Part shown: positions 54,657 through 64,000 of the stretch, in pieces
Layout: every line of letters starts with the position of its first letter
Numbering within the stretch: position 1 is the first letter of the stretch
The notes under the pieces: generated by a model
What the model was told of the DNA's origin: nothing
The model's database searches: none
The model's input: the letters and a program-made list of their open reading frames with translations, nothing else
NCBI GenBank assembly: GCA_964195405.1
Contig: CAXMPK010000119.1
Coordinates: 13,075-77,074, forward strand
Source: an uncultured Acidimicrobiia bacterium
GTDB taxonomy: Bacteria; Actinomycetota; Acidimicrobiia; Spongiisociales; ZC4RG35
DNA length: 64,000 nucleotides
Reading direction: 5' to 3'
Made by a program: the position numbers and the translations under genes

Positions 54657-55420
54657 GTTGGGAAGGGTAGGGCTGGACGGAGTCTTTCCAATTCTGAGAG
54701 CCTGTCGACGAGGTTCTCAAACTCCTCGAGACTCCCCGATGCGACGAATTCCAGTGACCCGTTGCCTTCCTCACTGGCGACGCGTGACGTTTGGGCGGCT
54801 ACCGCCGGTGTGGGATCGATGACGCGGATTTCGGGACCAGCCACTGTTGCGATAGTTGGTTTCAGGAAAGAGAAGTGAGTGCAACCAAGGACAAGAGTGT
54901 CGGCACCACCTGCGAGAACCGGCCCAACCACTGCTTGCACCAATTCCACAACGTCGGTTCCACCTGTCTCGCCTTTCTCGACTAAGTCGACCCAACCCGG
55001 GCAAGCCACGGTCACCACCCGTACATCAGAAGCATGTGCCGACACGACGGTGTCGAACAACTCACCCTGGAATGTCGCGGCGGTGGCAAAGACACCAATG
55101 ACCCCAGTGGCACTGGCGATTGCAGCGGGCTTCACTGCAGGTTCCATCCCCACCACGGAGACTTTTGGGAACCGGTCACGGAGGCTCTCCAGCGCAGCAG
55201 CGGATGCGGTATTGCAAGCGACCACCAGGGTTGTTGCCCCCTTGTCCACAAGCATCTGAGCAACGTCTAGCGCCAACCCCTTCACCTCTTCGAGGTTCTT
55301 GGTCCCGTAGGGGGCATGAGATCGGTCGGCCACGTAGGTCAAGTCGGCGACGGGCATCAGCCGCCGAATCTCTGCCAACACCGAGAGACCCCCAACCCCT
55401 GAATCGAACACCCCAATCAT
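54653..55420 (-). CDS. murI: glutamate racemase
   Basis: IGVFDSGVGGLSV and catalytic Cys motifs VVACNTAS and LGCTHF. Confidence 0.85.
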   Translation of the reverse strand: MIGVFDSGVGGLSVLAEIRRLMPVADLTYVADRSHAPYGTKNLEEVKGLALDVAQMLVDKGATTLVVACNTASAAALESLRDRFPKVSVVGMEPAVKPAAIASATGVIGVFATAATFQGELFDTVVSAHASDVRVVTVACPGWVDLVEKGETGGTDVVELVQAVVGPVLAGGADTLVLGCTHFSFLKPTIATVAGPEIRVIDPTPAVAAQTSRVASEEGNGSLEFVASGSLEEFENLVDRLSELERLRPALPFPT

Positions 55421-55456
55421 GAAGTAGCGTCGCCATGCGCTCGACGGAGGTTGTAA

Positions 55457-56227
55457 ATGCAAATTGTTGGTTCGGTAAGTGTCATCACCGGTGGTGTCTC
55501 GGGTCTCGGATTCGGCGTTGCATCCAGGATGGTCGACAACGGCGGCTCTGTCGTGATGCTCGACATCAACGAGCAGGGCGGGGAGGAGGCTGTTTCAGAA
55601 TTGGGGGAGCGATCCCGCTTTATAACCTGCGACGTGTCCAATGCTGACGACGTCACCGCGGCAGTGACCGGCGCTCGGGACGCGTTTGGATCGATCGACG
55701 TGCTGGTCAACGCAGCAGGTGTCGCCCCTGCCCAGCGTGTCGTGTCGCGTGATGGCGTGCTGTTTGATCTCGATCTCTTCAAGTTCACGGTGGGTGTAAA
55801 TCTGGTCGGCATGTTCGACGTGATCCGAAATGTTGCCGGTGTGATGGCAAAAAACGACCCAGGGGAGACCGGTGAGCGGGGTGTGATCGTCAACGTCGCT
55901 TCGATTGCTGCTTTCGAGGGACAGGTAGGGCAGGCCGCGTATTCGGCTTCCAAAGGTGGTGTCGTGGGAATGACACTCCCCATTGCACGTGACCTCGCGG
56001 GCATTGGTGTTCGTGTCAATACGATTGCACCTGGAATCATGGACACGCCGCTTCTTGCCGGCGCTCCCCAGGAGTTGCGCGATTCCTTGGCGAAGATTCA
56101 CGTCTTTCCACAGCGTCTGGGGACGGCCGAAGACTTTGCCCATCTGGTGCAGGCCATCGTCGAGAATCCGATGATCAATGGCGAGGTGGTCCGACTCGAT
56201 GCGGCAGCGCGTATGCCCCCAAGATGA
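55457..56227 (+). CDS. SDR family oxidoreductase (3-hydroxyacyl-CoA / 3-hydroxybutyrate dehydrogenase-like)
   Basis: TGGVSGLG cofactor motif, NAAG, and the catalytic YSASK. Confidence 0.8.
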   Translation: MQIVGSVSVITGGVSGLGFGVASRMVDNGGSVVMLDINEQGGEEAVSELGERSRFITCDVSNADDVTAAVTGARDAFGSIDVLVNAAGVAPAQRVVSRDGVLFDLDLFKFTVGVNLVGMFDVIRNVAGVMAKNDPGETGERGVIVNVASIAAFEGQVGQAAYSASKGGVVGMTLPIARDLAGIGVRVNTIAPGIMDTPLLAGAPQELRDSLAKIHVFPQRLGTAEDFAHLVQAIVENPMINGEVVRLDAAARMPPR

Positions 56228-56247
56228 GAGACCAAAGTGGTCCGTCA

Positions 56248-58182
56248 CTAGAGCTCACTTAGCCCCGCCAGACTCTCGGGATTCTCCAAACTCGTCAGGT
56301 CTCCTGGATCCTGGCCCAAGGCAACAGCCTTCACTACCCGTCTCATGATCTTCTGTGACCGTGTTCTCGGCAGATCCTTCACCCACTCGACATTTCTCGG
56401 TCGAAAAGCCTTGCCCAAACTGACGTCGACGTGGGTTGTGACACGGCCGGTCAACTCGTCATCGGGGACAACTCCTGGCGCGGGCACCAAGAAGAGAGCT
56501 ATCGCTTCGCCCTTGACTTCGTCGGGAACCCCGATCGCCGCGGCCATCATCACCTCGTCAAGTGCCACCGCGACTGACTCCACTTCGGCAGGCCCGATCC
56601 GCTTGCCAGCGATGTTCAAGGTGTCGTCGGAGCGTCCATGGAGATACCAGAACCCGGCTTCGTCGACCGACGCCCAGTCGCCATGTACCCAGGTGTCATC
56701 AAACCGCGACCAATAGGTGGCGACATATCGCTCCGGTTCACCCCAGAAACCACGGGTCATGCCCGGCCATGATCCCCGAATCACCAACTCGCCGACCTCG
56801 CCGCGCAAGGGATGGCCATCGTCGTCGTAGACATCGGCATCCATGCCCAGGGCCGGCATGCCCAAGGCGGTCGGCTTGATTCCCTGGATGATGTTGGCGG
56901 AAAGGATGCAGGCTCCGATTTCGGTGCCTCCGGCGATGTTGATGATTGGAATTCGCTCTTCGCCCACCTCGCGAAACAACCACCACCAGGGATCAGGATT
57001 CCAGGGTTCGCCGGTGGATCCGAAGATCCTCATCTTTGACAGATCGTGTTTACGCGCCTCGCCGGCCCCGTGAGGTTGTAGCGCCCTGACGAGGGTGGGG
57101 GAGAGACCAAGAATCGTTAGCTGGAGTTCGGAGGCGACTTGCCATATGCGGTCTGGTCCCGGGTAGTTGGGCGCACCGTCGTAGGTGGCTATGGCTGCGC
57201 CGTTGGCGAGCCCGGCCATGACCATCCACGGACCCATGATCCAACCCATGTCAGTGGCCCACATCAGCACGTCATCGCGGTTTACGTCGAGTTGAAAGGC
57301 GCCCTCCTCGGCCAGCTTCACCGTGAGGCCCGCCTGCACATGGACCGCCCCTTTGGGGCGACCGGTTGTGCCGCTGGTGTAGGCGATCAACATCGGGTCT
57401 TCCGAATAGGTTGTTGCCGCCTCGAGCGGTTCCGACTGCGGGACGAGTTGATGCCACCAATGATCTCGTCCGGGAGTCATCGGAGATCGGTCCCGGCTGA
57501 GATAGTCGACCACGAGTACGGCATCGAGACCCCCTGCGAACTCGATGGCAGCGTCGGCCACTTCCTTCATCTCGATCACATTCCCGCGTCGGGTGAATCC
57601 GTTGGCACAGATAATCACCCGCGGTTTGGGGTTCTCGAGTCGCGCAGCCACTGCCTCTGCCCCGTAACCGGAGAACACCGGAATGAAGATCGCGCCCAAA
57701 CGGGCGACAGCGAGCAGAGAAACCACCGCCTCCTCCGACATCGGGAGATAAACGGCCACGGCGTCTCCTTTGGTGACACCCAAAGTTCGCAAGGCCGCGG
57801 CGAGACGACCGATTCGGTCCTTGAGCTCACCAAAAGTCAGTTCTCGTGTTTGACCAGTCTCTTTCTGGGATCGGACGGCCAAACGACTGGGATCGTCATC
57901 GGCCCATCTGTCGACACATGCCTTGGACATGTTGAATTCCGCACCGTTGAACCAGGTCGACCACGCATGACCACGCGAGGTGTCTTGGACGTTGGTCCAC
58001 GGAGTGTCGAACGGCAGGCCAATGTGGTCGATGGCGGCGGGCCAGAACCATTCCGGCTCTTGGGCAGACCTGGTTACGAGTTCTCCGTAGCTTTCGATGT
58101 CGTGAGCGGCCATGAACCGAGCGGTGTGGGTCGACTTGGCGTGATCGCCGTCGGGTGACCAAGCGACTTCGAATCTTTCCAT
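56248..58182 (-). CDS. acetoacetyl-CoA synthetase (AMP-forming)
   Basis: AMP-binding motifs YTSGTTGRPKG and the hinge/ACS region. 644 aa, with the AacS-type N-terminus. Confidence 0.8.
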   Translation of the reverse strand: MERFEVAWSPDGDHAKSTHTARFMAAHDIESYGELVTRSAQEPEWFWPAAIDHIGLPFDTPWTNVQDTSRGHAWSTWFNGAEFNMSKACVDRWADDDPSRLAVRSQKETGQTRELTFGELKDRIGRLAAALRTLGVTKGDAVAVYLPMSEEAVVSLLAVARLGAIFIPVFSGYGAEAVAARLENPKPRVIICANGFTRRGNVIEMKEVADAAIEFAGGLDAVLVVDYLSRDRSPMTPGRDHWWHQLVPQSEPLEAATTYSEDPMLIAYTSGTTGRPKGAVHVQAGLTVKLAEEGAFQLDVNRDDVLMWATDMGWIMGPWMVMAGLANGAAIATYDGAPNYPGPDRIWQVASELQLTILGLSPTLVRALQPHGAGEARKHDLSKMRIFGSTGEPWNPDPWWWLFREVGEERIPIINIAGGTEIGACILSANIIQGIKPTALGMPALGMDADVYDDDGHPLRGEVGELVIRGSWPGMTRGFWGEPERYVATYWSRFDDTWVHGDWASVDEAGFWYLHGRSDDTLNIAGKRIGPAEVESVAVALDEVMMAAAIGVPDEVKGEAIALFLVPAPGVVPDDELTGRVTTHVDVSLGKAFRPRNVEWVKDLPRTRSQKIMRRVVKAVALGQDPGDLTSLENPESLAGLSEL

Positions 58183-58243
58183 ATGTTGAACCAGGTTATC
58201 GGATATCCCCCAAACTCAGGTCGGTCGTTTCTACGCTCAAGGC

Positions 58244-59347
58244 ATGTCTGTGTCTACACAAACGGACCAAGATCGATTGGTCATGCGTCGCGCCGTCATG
58301 GGAGCCATCGCTCTCCTCGGTGTTGCCACAGTCGTCTGGTTGGCGTGGACGCTGCGGGACCTTCTATTCATGGTGTTCGTTTCTGTGTTTGTTGCGGTGG
58401 CGTTTGTCCCGCCAGTGCATTTCCTGGCGAAACGCGGATTGAAACGAGGTTTGGCAACGGGGGCGATCTTCCTTTCCGCGCTGCTTCTCGCAGTTGGATT
58501 CGTCTGGGCGCTGGCACCATTGTTCATACAACAAATTCAGCAATTGACCGACGCCATCCCCGAAATGGTCTTGACACTGTTCACCTGGTTGGACACCACC
58601 TTTGATCTCGATCTCACCAATTTTGACGCCGAAAATGTCGGCGCAGATTTGGCCGGTTACCTGCAAACGATCGGCGGCACGTTGATTGGCGGCGTCGTCA
58701 GCATCGCCGCCACGGTCGGAGGGTTACTGATCTTTTCCACAACGGTTGCTCTCTTTTCGTTCTACATGGTCGCTGAGCTACCCCAAATGCAGAAAACTGT
58801 CTTGTCAGCAATGCCACCAGATCAGCAGCGAAAAGCCCTCCACATCTGGGACATCGCTGTCGAGAACATGGGGGGCTATATCTACTCGCGTCTCGTACTG
58901 GCAGTCCTGAGCGCCACGTTGACGACGATCGTCCTTCAAATCCTGGGGGTGCCCTTCGCATTGTCACTTGGGATATGGGTTGGTGTCCTCAGTCAGTTCA
59001 TCCCGGTGGTAGGGACCTATCTCGCCGCGATCCTGCCGGCCATCGTTGCCCTGACATTCAACGACGTGACCACGGCGGTGATCGTGGTCGTCTATTTCAC
59101 TGCCTATCAGCAGGTGGAGAATTATGTCTTCTCGCCTCGCATAACCAAGCGAACGATGGAGATTCACCCCGCAGTTTCTATTGCGGCGATCATCGGTGGC
59201 GCGGCCCTGATGGGAGGGATTGGTGTCATCTTGGCCCTTCCGATGACCGGGATCATCCAGGCAATCATCTCGGAGTCGAGGAAGCGTCACAAAACGATTC
59301 TCGACGAACCGGAGACGGCGGACGAGACTTCACGCGATGGAATCTGA
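58244..59347 (+). CDS. AI-2E family transporter (PerM/UPF0118)
   Basis: 8-TM protein with conserved AI-2E segments around VGTYLAAILP and LALPMTG. Confidence 0.75.
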   Translation: MSVSTQTDQDRLVMRRAVMGAIALLGVATVVWLAWTLRDLLFMVFVSVFVAVAFVPPVHFLAKRGLKRGLATGAIFLSALLLAVGFVWALAPLFIQQIQQLTDAIPEMVLTLFTWLDTTFDLDLTNFDAENVGADLAGYLQTIGGTLIGGVVSIAATVGGLLIFSTTVALFSFYMVAELPQMQKTVLSAMPPDQQRKALHIWDIAVENMGGYIYSRLVLAVLSATLTTIVLQILGVPFALSLGIWVGVLSQFIPVVGTYLAAILPAIVALTFNDVTTAVIVVVYFTAYQQVENYVFSPRITKRTMEIHPAVSIAAIIGGAALMGGIGVILALPMTGIIQAIISESRKRHKTILDEPETADETSRDGI

Positions 59348-59398
59348 GGCCCGCATAGCAACAGGGCCTTGCTTACCTTGTCGCTTCGATCTTATGGA

Positions 59399-61576
59399 AT
59401 GGCTCTAGCTGGAGGAACAAGAGTGACCACGACAAAGCCCTCTGGGCTCAGGTTGTTTGCACTCCTCGCGGTTTTCGCACTTGTTGCGGTGACCTGCGCC
59501 GACGCCGATCCAACGAGCACAACCCAACCGGTTGCCGACACTTCCACAACCGTCGAAACCGATGGCGGAGAGGGCGCAGATGGGATTGAAACCGATGTTG
59601 GCGGCGTCTTCAGAATCGGTCTCATCTCCAACATCACCACCGATAACTGGTTTGCGGCGCTTGATGAGTTCAATTCGACCTACAACCAGGCGTTTCTTGG
59701 TAGTGGAAAAATGGCGATGTTCACACTGACCCATCCCGGATTCGTATACGTGCCCGAGTTGGCGGCGACATCCGAACCCGTGAGGGCTGTTCAGGAAGGT
59801 GATATCTGGGTTGTGGAACAGCCGATACGCTCTGACGTGATCTGGTCGGATGGCACCGCGGTCAGCGCACGTGACCTTGCGTTCTATTTCGACGTGCAGC
59901 GTGAGTTCGAGCTTGGGGGCAACCATGTTTCCAGTTTTGTCTCGTCAGTTGTCCGTGTGACTGCCCCAGCGGACGATCTGGTCCGCATCGAATTCGACAC
60001 AAAGCCCGGTCTTGCTGCGTGGCAGCATGGTGTCGGGCTCACCAGTTTCGTACCGGCGCACTTCTGGCAGACCCATGTCGAAGAGGCGCGCACGGTCGCT
60101 GCTGAGTTGGCGGCAACGATCACCGATCAGGAGGCCACGGCTGCTCTTGTTGATGTTTCGCTTGCTGACGAGGACCCTGGGAACGATCTGGCGCCAGAGG
60201 ACATCACGCAGCAAATACTCGACTCATATGTCGCCGACCTTGGTGCTGATGAGAGCCGAGATGTTCTCTACCGAGTATCTGCTCCCATGGAGCCGTCGTC
60301 CGGTCCACAGATCTTCGATCGGTGGGAGCCTGGAGTCGTCGGGGTCACGATTTCGAATCCTGGCTATTTCAACAAGGGAACCGAGCACACTCTGTACTCG
60401 GACGGCTCAGCCCGCATAGTCAACGCGGCTCGCGGTGAAGACAATCTTTACGGTGGTTCCGGTGAAGGCGATGTGGTGTCCAGCTATGTCGAGGGCCCTC
60501 TTGTATCGGAGATCCATTGGATCGAACACGACACCAAAGATGCTGCCTACAACCAGTTGGTCGCAGGAGAGGTCGATTTCGTCTACGACCCGACCGGTCT
60601 TTCCAGCGGGCTGCGCGATCAGCTGGCGGCGCAGCCCGACCTGACATTCTCGGTGAATCAAACTGAGCGTTTCCGGTACATGGCGTTCAACATGCGCAAA
60701 GCGCCAATGTCCGACCTGGCCTTTCGTCAGGCCGTGGCAACTATCGTCAACAAGGAGGTGGTTGCTGAGACCGTTCTCGCCAACGCTGTATCTCCCGCCT
60801 ACACCATCATCCACCCTGGTTTGACCTCGTTCTACAACGCCGACGCCCCCAGAGCGGGATGGGCCGATGGGGTTCCGATGAGTGAAGCCGACCGCTTTCT
60901 ATCAGCCGTCGCCACTCTCCAGGATGCCGGCTACACATGGGATGTTGAGCCGGTAATCGATCCGGGCGACCCGGACCCGGTTGCCACGGCAGGTGCGGGG
61001 CTGACGATGCCCAACGGAGTGAAGGTTCCGGAGCTCACCATCCTTGCTCCCGCGTTGGGCTACGACCCGTACCGTGCCACCTTTTCGGTTTGGATCGAAG
61101 CGTGGCTGAACGACCTCGGTATTCCTGCATCTGCGGAGCCCACCGATTTCGAAACCATTGTCTCGGCAGTGTTCCCACCTCAGACCGAGGAGACTGCCCA
61201 GGATTGGGACTTGTACGTGCTTGGGTGGACTGGAGGCGAAACTTCGCTCAGGGGGACCTTGCAGGTGGCATTCTTCCACTCTCGTGAAGACACAGTGAGT
61301 GGGGGAGGTTTCAACACGCCCGGCTACGCGAGTGAGCGTTTCGATGCCGCAGCCGACGCTTTCGAATCCGCTACCGATATCGAGACCGCAGCGCGGTTCA
61401 CCAGGGAGATGGATCTGATATTGGCGGAGGAGTTGCCATACGTCGTGCTCTTTCGGACTCAGATCATTGAGGCCTACAGCACGAGGGTTCGGTTTCCGAC
61501 TGAAGTAATCATGAGCGGTCACTCTGGTTTTCCGAACGTATGGCCCAGCGCTGTGGTGATTGACGAAGAATCGTAG
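59399..61576 (+). CDS. ABC transporter substrate-binding protein, family 5 (peptide/nickel type), secreted
   Basis: Signal peptide LRLFALLAVFALVAVTCAD and a large SBP_bac_5-like body. Start at the MALAGG Met. Confidence 0.65.
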   Translation: MALAGGTRVTTTKPSGLRLFALLAVFALVAVTCADADPTSTTQPVADTSTTVETDGGEGADGIETDVGGVFRIGLISNITTDNWFAALDEFNSTYNQAFLGSGKMAMFTLTHPGFVYVPELAATSEPVRAVQEGDIWVVEQPIRSDVIWSDGTAVSARDLAFYFDVQREFELGGNHVSSFVSSVVRVTAPADDLVRIEFDTKPGLAAWQHGVGLTSFVPAHFWQTHVEEARTVAAELAATITDQEATAALVDVSLADEDPGNDLAPEDITQQILDSYVADLGADESRDVLYRVSAPMEPSSGPQIFDRWEPGVVGVTISNPGYFNKGTEHTLYSDGSARIVNAARGEDNLYGGSGEGDVVSSYVEGPLVSEIHWIEHDTKDAAYNQLVAGEVDFVYDPTGLSSGLRDQLAAQPDLTFSVNQTERFRYMAFNMRKAPMSDLAFRQAVATIVNKEVVAETVLANAVSPAYTIIHPGLTSFYNADAPRAGWADGVPMSEADRFLSAVATLQDAGYTWDVEPVIDPGDPDPVATAGAGLTMPNGVKVPELTILAPALGYDPYRATFSVWIEAWLNDLGIPASAEPTDFETIVSAVFPPQTEETAQDWDLYVLGWTGGETSLRGTLQVAFFHSREDTVSGGGFNTPGYASERFDAAADAFESATDIETAARFTREMDLILAEELPYVVLFRTQIIEAYSTRVRFPTEVIMSGHSGFPNVWPSAVVIDEES

Positions 61577-61582
61577 GGGCGC

Positions 61583-63286
61583 ATGCTGATGCTCGACTCG
61601 ACGAAACGCACGTTGCTTGGCTTCACCGCTCTTCTGGCTCTCGCTGAGGTGTTGATCGCATGCTCCGGATCGAGCGCCGGGACAACAACCACGGAGTTCG
61701 TTGCACCGGAAACCACAACCACCACTGTCCCAATCACCACTACAACGGTTGATGAGCGACCGTGCGCAGTGGCGTTCTGCGTTACTTACCACATCCGACC
61801 GGAAGCCATTTGGTCAGACGGGATTCCGGTGACGTCTGACGACTTCGTCTATACCTATGAGGTCTTTTCCGATCCGCTGAGGGGAAGTTCGATAACAATC
61901 GGATACGACCTTGTTGAAACGGTCGAAGTTGTCGACGACAAGACCGTCATATTTGGGCTCTCCGAGGTCTTCGGGCCGTGGAGAACCCTCTTCGACATTG
62001 TGCTCCCTGCTCACGTGGCCGACCCGATGAACCTTTCGGTTACCGCTTCGGCGTTCCGTCTTCAGGACCAAATTGTTGATGATCGGATCCTGCTCACACG
62101 CAACACCAACTTCTGGTCGTCCATCGACCCGGCGTCGGGGGCACCGGTCGGCGACGTGGAGCAGGTGGAGTTCGTCTTTGTCGAATCGGTGCGGGAACGA
62201 CTTGGCGGTCTCGGCGAAAACACGTTCGACATGATCAACCCGAGTCCCCTTGCTTGGATGGTCGAAGACCTCGCAGAACTGACTGAGGTGACCACCACTA
62301 TCTCAACAGGACCTTTCTGGGAGCATATCGACTTCAACCATGACGACCCGCTCCTCGGCCAAAGTTGGGTTAGGGAAGCCATTGCCCTTGCCATCGATCG
62401 GGAGGCAATCCTCGATCTGACGGTGAGGACGATAGGGCCTAATGCTCGGCCGCTCGACAACAGCATCTGGACGACCGACGCAGACGTCTATTCGCCCCAC
62501 TACGACATTCCATTTGACCCGGTTCGGTCCGAGCAGGTCCTTGAGGATCATCTCTGCGTGAAAGGGGACGATGGTGTCTACGACTGTCAGGGGAGACGCA
62601 TGTCTTTCGCCTGGACGACGACGGTCGGCGATGAGTTCAGGGTCGATACCGCAACAATGGTTCAGGAGAGTCTCGAACAGGTCGGGATCGAGATCGATAT
62701 CCAACTGCGAACGCCGTCGGACCTCTTCTCGGGCGATGTCTTTTTTGGGGGTCCCGAGGTATGGCAGTTGATCAACTTCTCCTGGAAGGCTGCTGCCGAC
62801 CCTCATCTTGGGAACTCGACGTACTACTGCACGGGACAGGCGCTCAGTGGATTTGGGTCACTCAATGTGAACAGGTATTGCAACGATGAGGTCGAGGCAC
62901 TGGTTCGGTCGACCGACGAAATCGTAGATTCGTCTTCGCGTGCCGAGGCGTACAACGAGGCGGACAGGATCTATTTGGAGGATCTCGCCATTGTCCCGCT
63001 TTATCAAAAGCCATCGTTGCTCGCCTGGAATGTCGAGTTGGACGGACCTGAACCGAACATGTCGCGCGCTACCGACATGTGGAATCTGGCGGCTTGGGCT
63101 GGTCAGGGCTCGATCGTGTTTGCGTTGGAGACTGAACCGACTCAGCTCGATCCGGTAGCGCAGTGGGACAAAGACACGGCAGTGGTGATGAGGGCGTTGG
63201 TTTCGGGCGCGTTCTCGACAACACCCGCCCTCGAGTTTGTTCCGATCCTTATCGAGAGTGCAGACACCTATGTGAGCGACCGTTGA
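61583..63286 (+). CDS. ABC transporter substrate-binding protein, family 5, lipoprotein
   Basis: Lipobox LIACS, a Thr-rich linker, and an SBP_bac_5-like body. Confidence 0.65.
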   Translation: MLMLDSTKRTLLGFTALLALAEVLIACSGSSAGTTTTEFVAPETTTTTVPITTTTVDERPCAVAFCVTYHIRPEAIWSDGIPVTSDDFVYTYEVFSDPLRGSSITIGYDLVETVEVVDDKTVIFGLSEVFGPWRTLFDIVLPAHVADPMNLSVTASAFRLQDQIVDDRILLTRNTNFWSSIDPASGAPVGDVEQVEFVFVESVRERLGGLGENTFDMINPSPLAWMVEDLAELTEVTTTISTGPFWEHIDFNHDDPLLGQSWVREAIALAIDREAILDLTVRTIGPNARPLDNSIWTTDADVYSPHYDIPFDPVRSEQVLEDHLCVKGDDGVYDCQGRRMSFAWTTTVGDEFRVDTATMVQESLEQVGIEIDIQLRTPSDLFSGDVFFGGPEVWQLINFSWKAAADPHLGNSTYYCTGQALSGFGSLNVNRYCNDEVEALVRSTDEIVDSSSRAEAYNEADRIYLEDLAIVPLYQKPSLLAWNVELDGPEPNMSRATDMWNLAAWAGQGSIVFALETEPTQLDPVAQWDKDTAVVMRALVSGAFSTTPALEFVPILIESADTYVSDR

Positions 63287-64000
63287 ATAACGGACCGCTT
63301 TCGACGCTCCAGGTCGTCGAGCTTGCCGGTCTCGGCCCTGCTCCGTTTTGCGGGATGGTCCTGGCCGATTTGGGAGCCAATGTCATCAAAGTCGATCGGG
63401 TGTCGGATGTGATCGGAGGTCACTCTCCATCGTCACGTTACGACCTCCTCGATCGGGGTAAACGCTCGATGGGCTTGAACCTGAAGTCTGGGGAAGGAGT
63501 TGAGATTGCGTTGCAACTCATCTCGGGTTTAGACGTCCTTATTGAAGGGTTTCGTCCTGGTGTTGCCGAGAAGTTGGGCATCGGTCCGGCTGAATCACTC
63601 GCCGTCAACACCAGGCTGGTTTACGGGCGGATGACAGGCTGGGGTCAGGACGGCCCATATGCATCCATGGCCGGTCATGACATCGACTACATCGCCTTGT
63701 CGGGCGCCCTTCATCCTGTCGGTGGGGCCGATCACCCGATTCCGCCACTCAATCTCGTAGGTGACTTTGGTGGAGGGGGGATGTTGTTGGCACTCGGGGT
63801 GGTCTCAGCGGTTCTGCATGCCAGGGAAACCGGCATCGGCCAGGTTATCGACGCAGCCATGGTCGATGGTTCGGCCCTTCTCACAACAATGCAACACGGG
63901 ATGATGGCCTCAGGCACATGGCAGCCGCAGCGCGAGTCAAACCTGTTGGACGGTGCCGCACCGTTCTACACGACATACGAGACTTCGGACGGTGAGCACG
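63283..64000 (+). CDS. CoA-transferase family III (CaiB/BaiF-like) protein; the 3' end lies outside the window
   Basis: LQVVELAGLGPAPFCGMVLADLGANVIKVDR N-terminus and the GRMTGWGQDGPY region. The TTG start overlaps the upstream stop as TTGA. Confidence 0.65.
   Translation, partial: MNNGPLSTLQVVELAGLGPAPFCGMVLADLGANVIKVDRVSDVIGGHSPSSRYDLLDRGKRSMGLNLKSGEGVEIALQLISGLDVLIEGFRPGVAEKLGIGPAESLAVNTRLVYGRMTGWGQDGPYASMAGHDIDYIALSGALHPVGGADHPIPPLNLVGDFGGGGMLLALGVVSAVLHARETGIGQVIDAAMVDGSALLTTMQHGMMASGTWQPQRESNLLDGAAPFYTTYETSDGEH

Noticed and set aside
57139-58158. 339-aa plus-strand ORF inside the acetoacetyl-CoA synthetase gene
   Set aside because: It is antisense to a gene with canonical AMP-binding motifs and is compositionally biased.
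1-64000. Search for CRISPR arrays, tRNA/rRNA genes, IS elements and integrases
   Set aside because: No spaced direct repeats were seen. No intergenic gap is large enough for a tRNA except the riboswitch leader. No transposase or integrase-like translations appear in any frame.

Overview
This is a high-GC (roughly 62-65%) chromosomal region with almost no non-coding space, read as actinobacterial and possibly Acidimicrobiia-like. Thr/Pro-rich lipoprotein linkers and frequent GTG/TTG starts support that reading. About 58 protein-coding genes are supported and are listed under features. No rRNA, tRNA, CRISPR array, transposase or integrase was found.

The window mixes housekeeping genes with accessory ones:
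- Housekeeping: the 3' end of gatA then gatB, pyk, gpsA, ychF, gcvP, menC-menD with a divergent menF-murI pair, and sbcD-sbcC.
- Accessory: a VanW-family protein, a Cas4-like PD-(D/E)XK nuclease, an ArsR regulator, a P450 / decarboxylase / glutamine-synthetase-like / acetoacetate-decarboxylase-like / gamma-glutamyl hydrolase cluster, and a MarR / LigB-dioxygenase / ALDH / FAH aromatic meta-cleavage module.

The signals most worth follow-up:
1. An archaeal-style four-gene block in the order herA-like ATPase, mre11 (sbcD), rad50 (sbcC), then a candidate NurA-like nuclease that overlaps the sbcC stop. The HerA-like protein has a deviant P-loop.
2. Two tandem paralogous dynamin-like GTPases whose reading frames overlap by 8 nt, followed by an MscS channel.
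3. An apparent GT78-type mannosylglycerate synthase, which is unusual in an actinobacterial context.
4. A single-aptamer glycine riboswitch upstream of gcvP, preceded by tandem palindromic repeats.
5. A long Glu/Arg/Leu-rich coiled-coil protein.
6. A 19-bp tandem duplication that creates stacked ribosome-binding sites and two small overlapping upstream ORFs in front of the LigB dioxygenase gene.

Every protein call rests on motif recognition in the supplied translations. No database search was run.
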